DNA of 64,000 nt from Zygnema circumcarinatum SAG 698-1b (taxonomy: Eukaryota; Plantae; Zygnematophyceae), in NCBI GenBank assembly GCA_037447605.1, contig CM074810.1, positions 1,088,880 to 1,152,879 of the forward strand, read 5' to 3'. How positions within the stretch are numbered: position 1 is the stretch's first letter; every line of letters starts with the position of its first letter. Of the stretch, positions 1 to 12,262 are shown one piece after another. Made by a program: the position numbers and the translations under genes. A model generated the notes under the pieces. The model worked only from the letters and a program-made list of their open reading frames with translations, ran no database searches and was not told the DNA's origin.

Positions 1-211
1 GGCTACATGAATAGGAATTCTAGAGTTGCAGGTACACAAGCACCCAAACATATTCACATAGCATCGGGTGCTGCCGCACGGCAACAATACAATACAATAC
101 TGTTATACAATGCTGTTATTGTTGATCAACAATAACAGTATTTTTAGACAGCCTTTGGCATCGCTTTCTAGGAAGGGTTTCACGGGCAGGGGATATGACA
201 AAAAGCTCTTA

Positions 212-3010
212 CGGTCCAATATGCTTGAAAGTGGTCATGGTGGTTCAGCATATCCGCAAACGGTACGAACACAAGGTTCCATTCGTCTATGTACCCTTCT
301 CCACTTGTCTCGTTTTCTACGGCTAATGACGAGAAAGTACGTGACCATATGATGGACATGGCCCATGCAAAGTCCTCATAACTTGCATTAGCGATCTTTT
401 CAGGAATGCATCGTTTGTACTCCAGTTCCCAGTCTGCTACAGTCATATGAACCTGCCAAGAAAGGCCGGGCAACCATCAAAACAGTCCATATTGAACGTC
501 AAGTGGCAAGAGGAGTAACTCTTGCTGTTACCGTGCCAAAAATATATATGAAAAAATTGATCATTCCAACTGCTGCTCACATAAAGATTAAATTGGTTAC
601 CAGGAACAAGTGCACGATAAGGGTTCTTGTCAGCTATGGGGTGAAAGGAGGGCAGGGAGAGGAAGGTCAATTGACTAAAAGAGGCGGGAAAACCGAACTG
701 AAGTCGCACCCAGCCTTCAGCAAACTAAAGAGGGTCTATTCAACAATCTTTCCTTCGACGAGGGCCAAAGGCAGAGAGACAAGCAACACTTCGTAATAAG
801 AAAGTGTCAGAGAATGCTCACATCAGTGATTAACTTCTCGTATTCAAACTCCTTAACAAGGTCCGGTTCAAACAACATAGGTAGTGGCACGTAGCTGGGA
901 ATGCTCGAAATATACGGAGCGAAGAAGGATTCCTTGCCCTTAGCCTTTTCTATAAGGAGCCATGCAGCCATAGCTGTATAGTGACGATACCAAATCTGAC
1001 TTTCTGGATGATCGTGTGGAGCAAAGCCTTTGGCTATTAACTTACTACTAGATATGATGAGCTTGCTTGGCACAGACAAAAGGATTGTCCCAGCTTCTAT
1101 ATTCTTGTTTGCAACCAGACTAATATCCGCTCTGCAGCCAAAGCATGCCTCACAAATCAAACCGTTAGTGTGCCTGCAACATTCCTTTGCCTTCACAAGA
1201 AAGGCAAACTTCTGCCATTTGATTGTACGTTCGTCACAAGTGAACACTACTCAATAAACGAAAAAGACAACCAGCTTTATGGACTGACTTCCACTACATA
1301 AATGAATATGGGCTTGACAGTTTTGGTACGTGGCTGCATCCAGTTCACCAAACTCGAAGACCATCCAGGAATTTACAATAATCTTGGCATGCATTTTAGT
1401 TCTGCAGCCATGTTTCATTGATAAGCAGTCACGTAACTGGCAGATAATATACTTGTGGTCTAATATCAACAGATGGAGTGCATCCTGAAAAATAAGAGCC
1501 TACGTTTCCTTGTTACTCCTTATCACATGATGGGATTTACATAGACGTAGTAGAAAACGAAAAAAAAAGTCAAAGAAAAGAAGAAAACAAAGAAGTCTTC
1601 CTCATATCAAGACATATTTCAACCCAAACTTCGGACAAGTGAACACTGAGACCTTGGTAACTTTACTGTGAGGATTTCCTGAATTGAGAACTTTAAATTA
1701 AGGTTCAAATTGGGCAGATCCCAACTTGACATGCAAAGTGCCTCACTTAGACTCTCCTAACGTCTCATTGACCTTCGGTTCAGAAATATAGAGCCCCTGC
1801 CTTGAGTTTGTTCACGTTTGTTAGCGAATCTCCTTTATGAGACTTCAACGCCCATAAAAAAAAAATTGCACTCTGCGGCAAGAAGCTGCAATGAGACACC
1901 CGGTAAACGATAAATATTGTAGACTTAATGCTTATTTCAAGCGTGCTAATTATTAACGAGCCTCGACAAGTAGTGAACAGTGTCGAATCAAACATTTTTC
2001 ACGACCGGTTTTCAGCTTACCTTTCAACTCTCGCATTCATTCTTGCTGGTGGTGCCTTGGCGGTTTGTTCCACAACGGCCTGCACAACGGGGAGAATTCA
2101 GTCGAGAAATTATTCTAGCCACCGTCACAAAGCAAGTTTTAACAAGCTTTATGAATAACGATGATAATGAGAACCATACGAAGCCAGTCGACGCATGCAG
2201 CAGGACAAATCAACAGAATTAGGTAGGTCAAAAAGCTGCGGAAGCAGCATATCACATGTTTTGAGTCAATTAGCTTCCAGCACAATCCCAGATAGGCTGC
2301 TCGCGTTCCCACTTCTACTAAATTCATAATTATCACTTTCGCTGCCAGAGCTAATGCTCAACCTTACAGCCGGCTTCTTAAGGTAGGCATTAGATGTAGA
2401 GTAAGACTTCTCACTCGCAAATAACTTGACTGAGATCCAACGTCGGAAACTCCATTTTCGTTTAGCCACTTTATGAGATCATTCAGAATTGTTTCCTCCA
2501 CACCAGCTCCATTCCCTGAACATCGGCCCAAGTAGCTCAATCAGGCATTTGTTAATCGCTGCCAGAGGTCTCGTCATTCTCCTCCACGAAGTCCACGCCT
2601 ACCCGCCCTTGCAGCTGCAAGGGGAGAGACGTTTGAAGACCTCCCATAGAGCTCTGATCGCGGCAGCGAGCAATGCAGCTACACTCCATCCACATAAACA
2701 AACTAGCACATCATAAGCAGGCTCAGAGCACGGCCTACACGATGCGGAAACGCCAAAAAGCCTGCATCTTCATTTATATTTTGCAAGGATCCATCGCTTC
2801 CTTCATACCTTGCTGCTTCTCGCTGTCCAGACTCCCTTCTGCCAGCTGGCTCCCTGCAAGAGCATGCAGCAAGAGAAATCCTCCCAGCGTCAGCCAGATA
2901 ATCCGATCGCCTTTTCCCGCGAGACGCCCGCCGCCATGAGCAGCAGCGCCAGCAGCAGCCATGGCTGCCAAGGGAGAGAGGGACGAGAGAGGCGAGGGTT
3001 CCCTCGCCAT
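212..3010 (-). CDS. SET-domain protein (Rubisco-LSMT/SETD3-like) paralogue A with N-terminal hydrophobic signal/anchor; 3' part runs off the window start
   Basis: ATG 3010. Exon 1 3010-2809 (RIIWLTLGGFLLLHALAG..SEKQQ|GT). Exon 2 2515-2415 (NGAGVEETILNDLIKWLNENGV). Exon 1131-822 (LVANKNIEAGTILLSVP..AAWLLIEKAKGKESFFAPYISSIP). Exon 452-212 (FAWAMSIIWSRTF..VPFADMLNH). GT-AG borders; internal small exons uncertain. Confidence 0.85.
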
Positions 3011-3305
3011 GGCTGCCTGCCTGCCTGCAACTCTCTGCCAAATGGTTTTTCATTCCAAGGGGAGGCACAGAGGCACTTTTCCCTCGATAAAGTAAAATTC
3101 AACGCTTCGTCAAAGTCAGGTGCAACGTACCGTACCATACGGTCAAGGAGGCAGTCCGTACTCCGTAGGCTTTTAAAGGTTTGTGACTTTGTGAGTGGAC
3201 CTTGAAGTCACAGTCAACGTCAACGTCAGGGTCAAAGTCAAAGTCAATGAAAACGTTACAGTATTACTGGGATGGATTAGTTACGACTATATAATATATA
3301 TTATA

Positions 3306-4252
3306 GGGTAGTGATATTTCCACCCCTTTTTTGGATCCAAACACCCCTTCCCGGCCGGGCAGATTTCAAAAGGGATTAAAAAAGGAAAATGCTTTTTTCA
3401 CACCTTTTTGGAATCGATACCCACCTTCTTCCGTCGGCTGATTTTATTTTTGCTAACCAAGGAAAATGATACCCCATCACTGCATTTTGAATACTGTATC
3501 CCGCCTCCCTGAATTTTTTTTTTGAGGGAAAAAAATATCTGCCAGCCCGAATCCGCTCGAAGTGGAAAATCCGTCCGCCACGAGATCGTTCGCGGGAGTC
3601 CGTCCTTCACACGTGTGTGTCAATCGCAGCTGTCGATTCCCACGCAGATCGCACCACTGCAGGTCACCGTTCGATCTGCAGCAGGGCTCGATCTTAGCGA
3701 ATGGAAAGCGCCCACGAGTCCCGTCAAAGCCGGATCGCACGTGCGAGTGCGCGCGTCTTTCGGCCCGAGATCTCGTCATTGTTAGCTCCCAGCCAATCAA
3801 CAGCTGCCACGTGTTGCAGTTTTGACGTGGAAAATTTTGATTGGTCCAAGCTCTCAATGTACGAAATTTTGGGTTCCTCAAAGTTGCGACCGTACGATAT
3901 ATGTACGAACATTTTTTGAGGCGACTTTGGCGGGATACGTGGGCACGTGCCATTCGCTGTGAACGAGCCCGGTGCAGATCAAATAGTGATCTGCCGTGTT
4001 GCGATCTGCGAGGGAATTGACGGCTGCGATTGACCGCACGCGTGAAAAGAAATTCAAGTAGGCGGGATATTCAAAATGGGGTGACGGGTTATCATTTTTC
4101 TTGTTTCGCAAAAATAAAATCTGCCGATGGAAGGTGGGTATCGATTCCAAAAAGGTGTGAAAAAAGCATTTTCCGTTTTTAATCCCTTTTGAAATCTGCC
4201 CGGCCGGGAAGGGGTGATTGGATCCAAAAAAGGGGTGGAAATATCACTACCC
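3306..4252. mobile_element. Non-autonomous DNA transposon with ~190-200 bp TIRs (Mutator-like MITE)
   Basis: Starts GGGTAGTGATATTTCCACCCC and ends GGGGTGGAAATATCACTACCC. Inverted homology covers about 3306-3500 vs 4065-4252. 8-bp direct repeat ATATTATA at 3298-3305 and 4253-4260. No transposase ORF. Superfamily assignment is inferred from the long G-starting TIRs. Confidence 0.85.
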
Positions 4253-4294
4253 ATATTATATTATACAACTGTGACGACTATAACGGCTGATATA

Positions 4295-5178
4295 CAGGCC
4301 TCTTCAAATAGGGGATTTCGGCTTAAGATAGGGGACTGTCCCCTAACTTGGTTTTGTAAAAACACGTAAATATGGACTGTACGGACGAAACCGTGCACGT
4401 ACGGACGAGAATTTTGTGGAGACCTTGCTTCATCATTTCCCAACACTGCTACCGTCGAGTCTGATTTTTCAGTAATTGGATGGGAGAAAGACGAGTTTCG
4501 AAAGAGGTTGACAGACTTTTCATTGGAAGGAATTCTTCACTGCAAACAGTTTGATAGTTTGACCGCTCTTCGAGGGTCTCTTTGAGTAGTTTGCATCACT
4601 TCTATAGCTGTCTTGATCAGCTAAAACTCCTAAGGGAGTGAGACCATTTTTCATTTCATTTCTAATTTTAGTTCCTATTTCAGTTTTTCTTTTGTGACTA
4701 CACCTAGAATTTCAGAGGTTATGATTTGGAATAGAGTTTTTGTGAGTAAATTTCAAGACTATGATAGATTCTAAAGTGATACTTGGAGTAATTAATGATG
4801 GATGGAAAAGGAAATAGAGAGCTTAGGATTGGATCTACAAAGTTTCAGTGCAATTGGGTTTTTGAATAAGCAACTATATGTTGTGATTGCCAAATGCACA
4901 GTTGTTCTAATTGATTGATAAAATTTATCAATCTATAAGAGTCGAAGAGGTTGCACCAGTTTTTAAAGCCGTGTTGTTATACCAACAAGTAAAGTTCATA
5001 TACATCATTGCTATCGTGGTTGCAAATGCAATTCATTTCCATTTTGTTTTTAACCAAAAAAATGCTTTTTTGGGGCTTGTGTGGTATTTAAGTTGAAATC
5101 ACGTAAACTAATCTCAAAATCTTACATAAATAAGCTATTTACGATATTTAGGGGATCTCCCCTATTTGAAGGGGCCTG
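4295..5178. mobile_element. hAT-type non-autonomous DNA transposon (MITE)
   Basis: TIR CAGGCCTCTTCAAATAGGGGA / TCCCCTATTTGAAGGGGCCTG (1 mismatch). Perfect 8-bp TSD CTGATATA at 4287-4294 and 5179-5186. Confidence 0.9.
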
Positions 5179-5192
5179 CTGATATATATTAA

Positions 5193-5447
5193 TTTACAAC
5201 GCCTTTACAACATGTACGGTCGTACGGTCGTACCACTGTACGGTATTATGCGGCCCGAGCACGAGCAGACAGAGTGAACCAGACGGACGCATTTCGCAAC
5301 GCCAACGCCAAAACGACCTAATTTTGGTATGGTACGACCGTACGACCGTACGAGTACGGTCGTTAATTGTTCAAAACGAGTGGGTATAATATATGTAATA
5401 AAGTGTTTTACTTTGTAATATATTACTAATTTTAAACCCGTTGTAAA
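5193..5447. repeat. Small foldback / MITE-like element
   Basis: Perfect 22-bp inverted repeat at 5214-5235 and 5330-5351 (GTACGGTCGTACGGTCGTACCA). Outer TTTACAACG/CGTTGTAAA pair in AT-rich flanks. Confidence 0.55.
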
Positions 5448-5785
5448 GTATATAATATATTCGGAATTTATAACGCGGGCCATCCCTAGTAGGGAATACT
5501 GTTAAACGTTAATCCAAACCAAGGTCAATGAGAAATTTGTGGAAATTTAAATTAAATTTAATCAAACAAAATTAAGTCAACGACCGAGCCAAGGTCAACA
5601 TCTACTTGTCTGGTTCTTGGGCCTTGGCATTCTCTTTTCCCTTGAAAAGAGAATGTGTGTCCTTCCCTTGATAAAGTCAAATTACACGGCATCACAAACG
5701 CTGTTCGTTTATGGGATTCCGTTCTCAGTTCCGTCCGGCATGTGGCGTAGTCACAAACGTGAGGGACAAGCCGGAGGTTGCAACA

Positions 5786-5820
5786 ATGTTGATGTTGATG
5801 TTGATGTTGATGTTGATGTT
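5786..5820. repeat. (GATGTT)n microsatellite
   Basis: About 6 tandem hexamers. Confidence 0.9.
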
Positions 5821-6225
5821 GCACACGGCGTGGCGTGAGCGATGTTGAACATGACACCAGCAAGCAAGGCGGCAGCCTGCTCAATCCAACTTTGTTTTCC
5901 AGGGCTGGCTTTAGCATACATGGGTAGTAGATTCGAGTCTTCGAGGAGTAGCTTCGAGGGAGAAAAAAAGGGAAGCGAGTGAGAAGGAGAGGAGAAGAAG
6001 AAGAGAACAAGAAGAAGCAACACCAAACTCGATTTGAGGAAGAAGAACCACGAGCGTCAATGGAAGAATTTCCAAGTGGTGGGGATGACCCCCAATGCTA
6101 ATTGTGGCGAGGGGTCATCGACTCATCTATTAAATGTATGAATATGTATATAATATAATATATGTATATAATATGTATGTATGTGGCAATATAGTGGCAA
6201 AATTTTCAAAAGTGAAAAACGCAAA

Positions 6226-6227
<2 letters not shown>

Positions 6228-6257
<30 letters not shown>
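6228..6257. repeat. (GA)n microsatellite
   Basis: Visible GA run. Confidence 0.95.
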
Positions 6258-6260
<3 letters not shown>

Positions 6261-6366
6261 GGGATCAATGCCACTTTCTTCATTTTCAAAAGGAAGTTTA
6301 ATGATTTAAGTCAAAATCCAAGAAACTAATTCTGGCCACACGAGTTCCAAAACGAGAAGATAATGT

Positions 6367-6483
6367 GGGTGCGACACCGGGACTTCCCGGGAGGGAACCC
6401 ATCCCAGTATTATTTCAGCCCACAGGCGCTTAGCTGCGGGATTCTGAAGGGATTTGGCGTAGTAGCCTAGGTATGATCGCACC
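6367..6483 (-). rRNA. Solitary 5S rRNA gene or 5S pseudogene
   Basis: Minus strand reads GGTGCGATCATACCTAGGCTACTACGCCAAATCCCTTCAGAATCCCGCAGCTAAGCGCCTGTGGGCTGAAATAATACTGGGATGGGTTCCCTCCCGGGAAGTCCCGGTGTCGCACCC. It has 5S length and motifs, and helices I, II and IV can pair. Some normally invariant positions differ. Confidence 0.8.
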
Positions 6484-6972
6484 ACAATATAATCAATAAC
6501 GTTACTACTAAATAATTATAGTAATTTTTATACAATCCAATTTCCAAGGCCGCCAAAGTTCTGATCCGTACGGCGGCTGGGCGAATGATGGGAGGCCGTC
6601 GCCGTGCTGGCATCCACGTCCAATGGCAGAGCGCCACGTGTACAAATGACGACACGTGACGTTTTTTAATGCAAATGGCGCTTGTCTCATTCGTCAATTC
6701 TTGACTGCAGAGCACAGAGGCGAAAGGCCCTCGCAGAAACGGACAAAAATTTGCTTGCAGTCCGCCACTCCCCAGACCTTCTGGCCAATCAAAAGGCGCC
6801 ATACAGTTGACGAGCCTCTCAGATTTGGCCACGTGGACTGGTGCTTAAATCGCCGCAGAAGAATTATGGCGGATTTGCATGGACTTTTTTGCTATTTTCT
6901 TGGAAGGCCCTGCAAGAAGGGATAGCTGCAGGAGGAAGCGAGGGCTGCTGCTGGGAAGGTAGGGGGCTGGCC

Positions 6973-9900
6973 ATGGGCATGGCCATGGCGGACGAGCATG
7001 CGCGGAGCAGGCGAACCGCCAGGCGCTTCGTTATGGCGCTGGGAGGGGCTCTGCTTCTCCACACTTTTGTAGCGGACGCGTTGGAGGAGGTGGATGGGGC
7101 TCGTGTTGAGAAGCCGCGTGGTGTGTGGAGGAGCTGGAAACTGAGAGGGAGGATTCAGATTGGATAATTATGGCATTTTTTTTTCAGTACTTGCATTTTT
7201 TTTGGTTTTCATTCGAGCGGCTCACTGTGATTTGGTTTGAGCTTTTCGATGACCTATGTGCTGGCCGTTTTCGTCTGTACTGTTCTTTCAGTGACGTGAA
7301 AAGAGTTCCGACACTGCCAGATTTTCTAACAGGAACATGGTGCTGTTGATTAGCAATGGACAATAGCCTATTTCATTATGAAAGGGGTGATATGCAGGGA
7401 CAGGAGCTGGTTCGGAGGAGAAACTTCTGGCTGATTTCGTAATGTGGCTGAACAGCAATGGAGTAGACAGCATCGGAACTTCTTCAAGTCTGTTAAGGGT
7501 GTGAAAATCCTCGATTCATGAAGCACTAGCTTTCGCATCAGATAGAGTTGTCCGAGCTGACTCGAGGTCTCCAATAGCTGCGACATGTTTTCTCTAGTGC
7601 CTCCAAGCGATCATGAGAGGTTTTCTGCACATTCGTTGGATATTTTGTTTGGTCCGAGTGTCTGCAGCTTAATGCCTGAACTGTTTTCTACTTGCTTTAT
7701 AATGGTGTTCTTTTGCACTGTATTCTGTTGCACGCAGGCGGTGGTGGACAACAGGACTTTTGAACCATTGCAAGCTACCAATGCAAGGTTGTAAAGGCAA
7801 GCCTTGTCATTCACAGATAAGGTGGAAAAAGCAAAAGTTATTCAAATACGTCTGGAGTAGAGAACGCCGAAAGCATACCGCATCAGGACAAAAGAAAAAA
7901 ACAAACCAGTTATATTGATCGTGAAATCGTGACCCTCGACCTGTTCTCAACACTATATGGTATCTATGGACTTGGGATAGTCTAGAGGCATCCAAGGTTA
8001 GTTCATACCTGGTTCTGTTGGCAATGAAGCTGATCCATGCCCATAAGCTATCTAAGTTTTGGGTCCTGAAAAATTGAATGGTCCAATGTGGGAGGGAAGA
8101 GAAGCTGCAAACCAAGTGTCTCAGACATTCATGAAAACCAGAAATAAACTTGAGTCAAACTAGAAGTGGAAATCTATTCAAGAGCCAGAAAACCTAGGAT
8201 CAGAATTGCTGAAGAGAGCAAAAAGGAACAAGACATTTGGACAGCCGAGGATGTCACTTGAGTTTAGGAACAGTTCATTTGTCAACGCAAATAACTTGTC
8301 AAGAAAAATAGTAATCGTCGGCAGATAAGCGTAACAATCGACGACATACAATATCTCAATTCAATTAAGAACTCTGGGACACCTTGCACACTTTTACGAA
8401 TCTGGCAGTCGTTTTTCTTGACAAGGAGTGCATTACCCCCGCAATACACCATTTGATCTTTGAAAAATCAGTGATGTTGCAGGTAATCTCACAGTTTACG
8501 TAGTTGATGCCATCAAGTCAGGCTGACCTGCCTAAACGTTTGATTTCGAGGTTTGAGATTGGTGGGAGTGATTGTTGGTGTAAACGAATCATCTGTCGGA
8601 GCCTCTAAGATGCAGACGACAGCCACGCACCACATGTGTCCTTGATTCGTTGTGTTTTGGCAAGGCCAGGCTAGCAGGCTGAGCAGAATTAGAAAATCCG
8701 ATACGTCACATCCGAGCATCATTTGCGATTATCTGCCAGACAATCAAATCTTAACCACTCCACTTCTTGCTATGAAACGAGGATTGTTGCTGCTTGCATG
8801 CATTTGCAGCTGAGGTCAGTTCTGATAGATAGGTGCTCAGGTTGGGTAGGTCTATTGCTGCTGTACATGAAGAGGACACACACACTTAGACACATATAAC
8901 GTGATGCCTGAAATCCTTTTTTTCTTGCAGGGCGGATATTAGCATTGTTGCAACGAAAGAGATAAAAGCTGGGGATCAACTTCTTTCTATTCCAAGCAAG
9001 CTCCTTGTATCCAGCAAAAAACTAGTAGCTGAAGGCTTTACACCTTATGAGCAGGCTGACAGTACTTCCTGGCAGCATTACACAACTATGGCTGCGTGGC
9101 TCCTTTTAGAAAAGGCAAAGGGTCAAGATTCCTTTTTTGCTCCCTATATTTCGATCCTACCTGCCTACGTACCCTTACCTACGTTTTATGAATCGGACCT
9201 TCTCAAGGAGTTTGAATACGATAAACTTATTTCTGAGGTGAGGTTCCCTCAGATGGCATCATCTGGTATCGTTTTGGCGCTCTGCCTGCTGTACCATGTG
9301 CGCGTCCTGAACGGCTGGTCTATCCTCGCGCTCATTCTGCAGGCTCAATCGACTGCAGCGTATTTTGAAGCAGAATATGAACGCTCCGCGAAGGAAAAAA
9401 TTGCCAACGCGAGTTTGGAGGAGTTCAAGTGGGCCATGTCCATATTGTGGTCACGCTGCTTTTCAGCGAATGGTCTAAACGATGTGGGCGAGATGGAGAG
9501 CTCAGAGGCGGGCTTAACTGATTGGCACGTCGTTCTCATACCACTTGGTGACATGCTGAACCACCATGACTACTACCAAGCAAACTGGAGCGTAAGGACT
9601 CCTGGCAACCTTGATTTCTCTGCACGCTATAAATTGAGAACAAAAAGAGCTGTCCAAGGTGATTGTTACTGGGCGTGATGCTGGGTGAAAGTTTGATTGC
9701 TCCTACTAGCACTTTTTTTATTGTGTGTAATCTGATGGCCTGGTCTAGCCTCTCCAAAAAAGGGCAGACTAACGTAGAAGTTCCTGCGCATTGAAATTCC
9801 TTCTGAGGCCTACTCTAGCCAATGACTGATGTCAAGGCCTCTATATCATCTTCCCTCTAAATTCTCTGCCCCCCCTCCCCGCCCGTCCCCGTTCGGCCGC

Positions 9901-11036
9901 TACTTCTTTTGCTAAGCTAAGGAAAGGGGATGTCTGGCTGCTGACAGTGTGCTACAGATGGGAGCACCTGCTCATTTACTTCCCTTTTTGATGTTGCGGA
10001 GGGTATGCCCGTGTACACCAGCTATGGTCAGAAGACCAGTGATGAGCTCGCACTATCGTATGGCTTTGTGTCTCCGGAGGTCGTGCATGATCGCGCTGTA
10101 TTGTTTCAGAGCACTGATGATCTGGTGGCATACTATATATCGAAAAGACCTCAAATGCAGTATGAAGATACCCATAGGCAGTGGGCAGAATATATAGCAG
10201 AGAGAACAAAGCAGGAGGTCGACGAGCTGTTGAAAGCGGGCAAGGGAAACAGCGCAAACACTTTCGCAGCTGACCACCAAGGTGTATCTGGGTTCACTAT
10301 CCAAAATGGGGCTAAGGTGGACCCACGGCTCGTTGCTGCCATTGCTTCTATTTTTGCGTTTGAAGCCAAGAATGCAGGTAAATTTCACTTTTGGCTCTAT
10401 GCAGATCTGATAGACGAATCCATGCTGTGGAATAGAGATAGGTTGTTATATTGGCGAGGTTGAGGTTTACCGGTTTACCGGCTCTGTGCAATGCATGCAC
10501 TTTTAGATAGTTCTGATTGCCGGCAGGTTGAGGATGTATGTTTTCCAGAGCCCCCATATGAGACGTTGGCCGCGCTTAGTATTACTTTCTCGGAGGACTT
10601 CTCACGCCAAGATTGCGAGGGAGTGCTCAAGGAGCCCCAAGACGACCTTCATGGCATGCAGATGGTTGTGCATATACTTCATCAGAGGGTCGTTGAGATG
10701 ATTCACAACTTCAGTACGACCTACGAGGATGACAAGATGGAGCTAGAGCGGCTTCGGGACTGCAAGCATGATTTCATGAAAGGAGGCTGCAAGGAGGTGT
10801 GGAAAACTCATGATCGAGAATGGGAAATCATTCTACGACTGAGGATGGCAAAGAAATATCTTCTCTATAATGCGGAAGCACAGCTGGCCAGAAGTTGCTG
10901 GGCAACTATATCTGATTTGATTGGGCATGAAGGGCAATCGGACGAGGGCTTGGGCCATGCAGACTTAGAGACCTCGCAGGATAATTCGGGTGATGCTGCA
11001 CGCAATCCTGAAGATGAAGCCTGGACGGAACTTTAA
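6973..11036 (+). CDS. SET-domain protein (Rubisco-LSMT/SETD3-like) paralogue B with N-terminal signal peptide/anchor and Rubisco-substrate-binding-like C-terminal domain
   Basis: ATG 6973. Exon 1 6973-7120 (RRFVMALGGALLLHTFVADA). Exon 2 7398-7498. Exons ~8930-9237 and ~9343-9591 (FKWAMSILWSRCF..PLGDMLNH). Exon ~9950-10377 (VYTSYGQKTSDELALSYGF). Last exon ~10527-11036 (HNFSTTYEDDKMELERL..LRLRMAKKYLL). Confidence 0.88.
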
Positions 11037-12005
11037 GGCGCCATTCTGAACCGAACTGTGAGGTTGAAGTGCTCGTGAGCTGTGTGAAAGCTGGCGAGAT
11101 TTCTCTTGAAGCACTGCAAGCAAGTGCTCCTCCTGCGCTCCATTGCTCTCTAGAAGGCAATGACGGTAGAGGAGACATTGTGACTGCTCGGGCTCCTGAG
11201 GATGAGCTCATTCACAAATAGGATTACAGGCCTTTGCCTTTATAATTATTGCGCTGTGTCTGCGGCATAAGCTGTGATGCAGAACTTATAATATAATGCT
11301 GTTACCTTAGTGTGGTTCTCTTTCATCTACTTTTGATAGCTTAAATGTCTGGCAAGGAAAACCAAAAGATTTGATGCGCACCTGACAATGACTGATGAAG
11401 TCCTCGGGAAGGGTCGGGATCCACTGAGGATACCTCGAAACGAATGAGCCAACCAAGTTGCCACCTGTGCATCTTTTCCGACTTGGCGAGATTGGACACG
11501 CATTTGAGTGCATCCTCAATTGATATCGTCCTGAGGAACACTCTCAGCAAGTTTTTTCTAAGGTGTGCTCATAAGCTCCTTTCTGGTACAGGAAGACTAC
11601 TCAAGACAAAAGGCAAAAGTTGGAACTCTGTGCAGGGAAAACACTGCAAGAGAGCCGATATGAACGTTGACAACCTGCTTTCTGCTTCTAGCTGGAGGAG
11701 GACCACCTCAGACTAGAACGTTTCTGTACCTCTGATGCATATGAACGTCCAGCCACGGTGAGTATAGTTACTCAAAGGTCTGCACGAGAAGAAGAAGAAG
11801 CCCATGGCTGTTCTAAGCGCCCTCTTCCTGAAGGGCCAGACACGCTCCAGTCCAATGGCGCCACCCATGGCACCAATGCCAATACATCCATCTCTTTTGC
11901 CCTTGCCCTCTGTTTACCCCCTCCTCCTCCTCCCTCTCGTTCTCGCTCTCCCTCTCCCTCTTCTCCTACCCCTGAGGCACTAGAGAAAAGATAAAGCCAA
12001 TGTCA

Positions 12006-12262
12006 AGCATGTCCGTAGACGCAGGTGGGTATGCTATATTAACCTTTACTAGCTATAACTCGATAGGTAGATTATATGCAGGGAAGGGGAGAGGAAGAGG
12101 ACCGTGCCTCCCGCCCTTCACAAGACCTCTTGCGAGGAAAGAAGTCGGGAGCCCCACCTGACTCCCTCCCACTCCTTGCGTATAATCTACCCACCTACGT
12201 ATAGCTAGCACAGATGAATACAGCTTACCTACCTACGCATCCACTAACCTACAGACCTGCAA
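12006..12262. repeat. Imperfect ~250-nt foldback (old MITE or hairpin-RNA locus)
   Basis: The left arm (..GCAGGTGGGTATGCTATATT..CTAGCTATA..GGTAGATTATATGCAGGGA) matches the reverse complement of the right arm (..TCCTTGCGTATAATCTACC..TATAGCTAG..AATACAGCTTACCTACCTACGC). Confidence 0.65.

Noticed and set aside
1132-1247. Cys-rich CCRHTNGLICEACFGC segment in the SET-A ORF, which could be read as a metal or disulfide motif
   Set aside because: It lies upstream of the acceptor at 1131 and is absent in paralogue B, so it is intronic.
3241-5512. Weak inverted similarity between 3251-3275 and 5481-5510, suggesting an older enclosing element
   Set aside because: Short, gapped and without a TSD, so not distinguishable from chance.
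5751-6026. Signal-peptide-like ORF with an ST repeat
   Set aside because: TTG start only; hydrophobicity comes from a CT-rich tract and the ST repeat from a microsatellite.
11341-11900. Possible small minus-strand gene between SET-B and ASM
   Set aside because: No consistent spliced frame or recognisable homology could be built.
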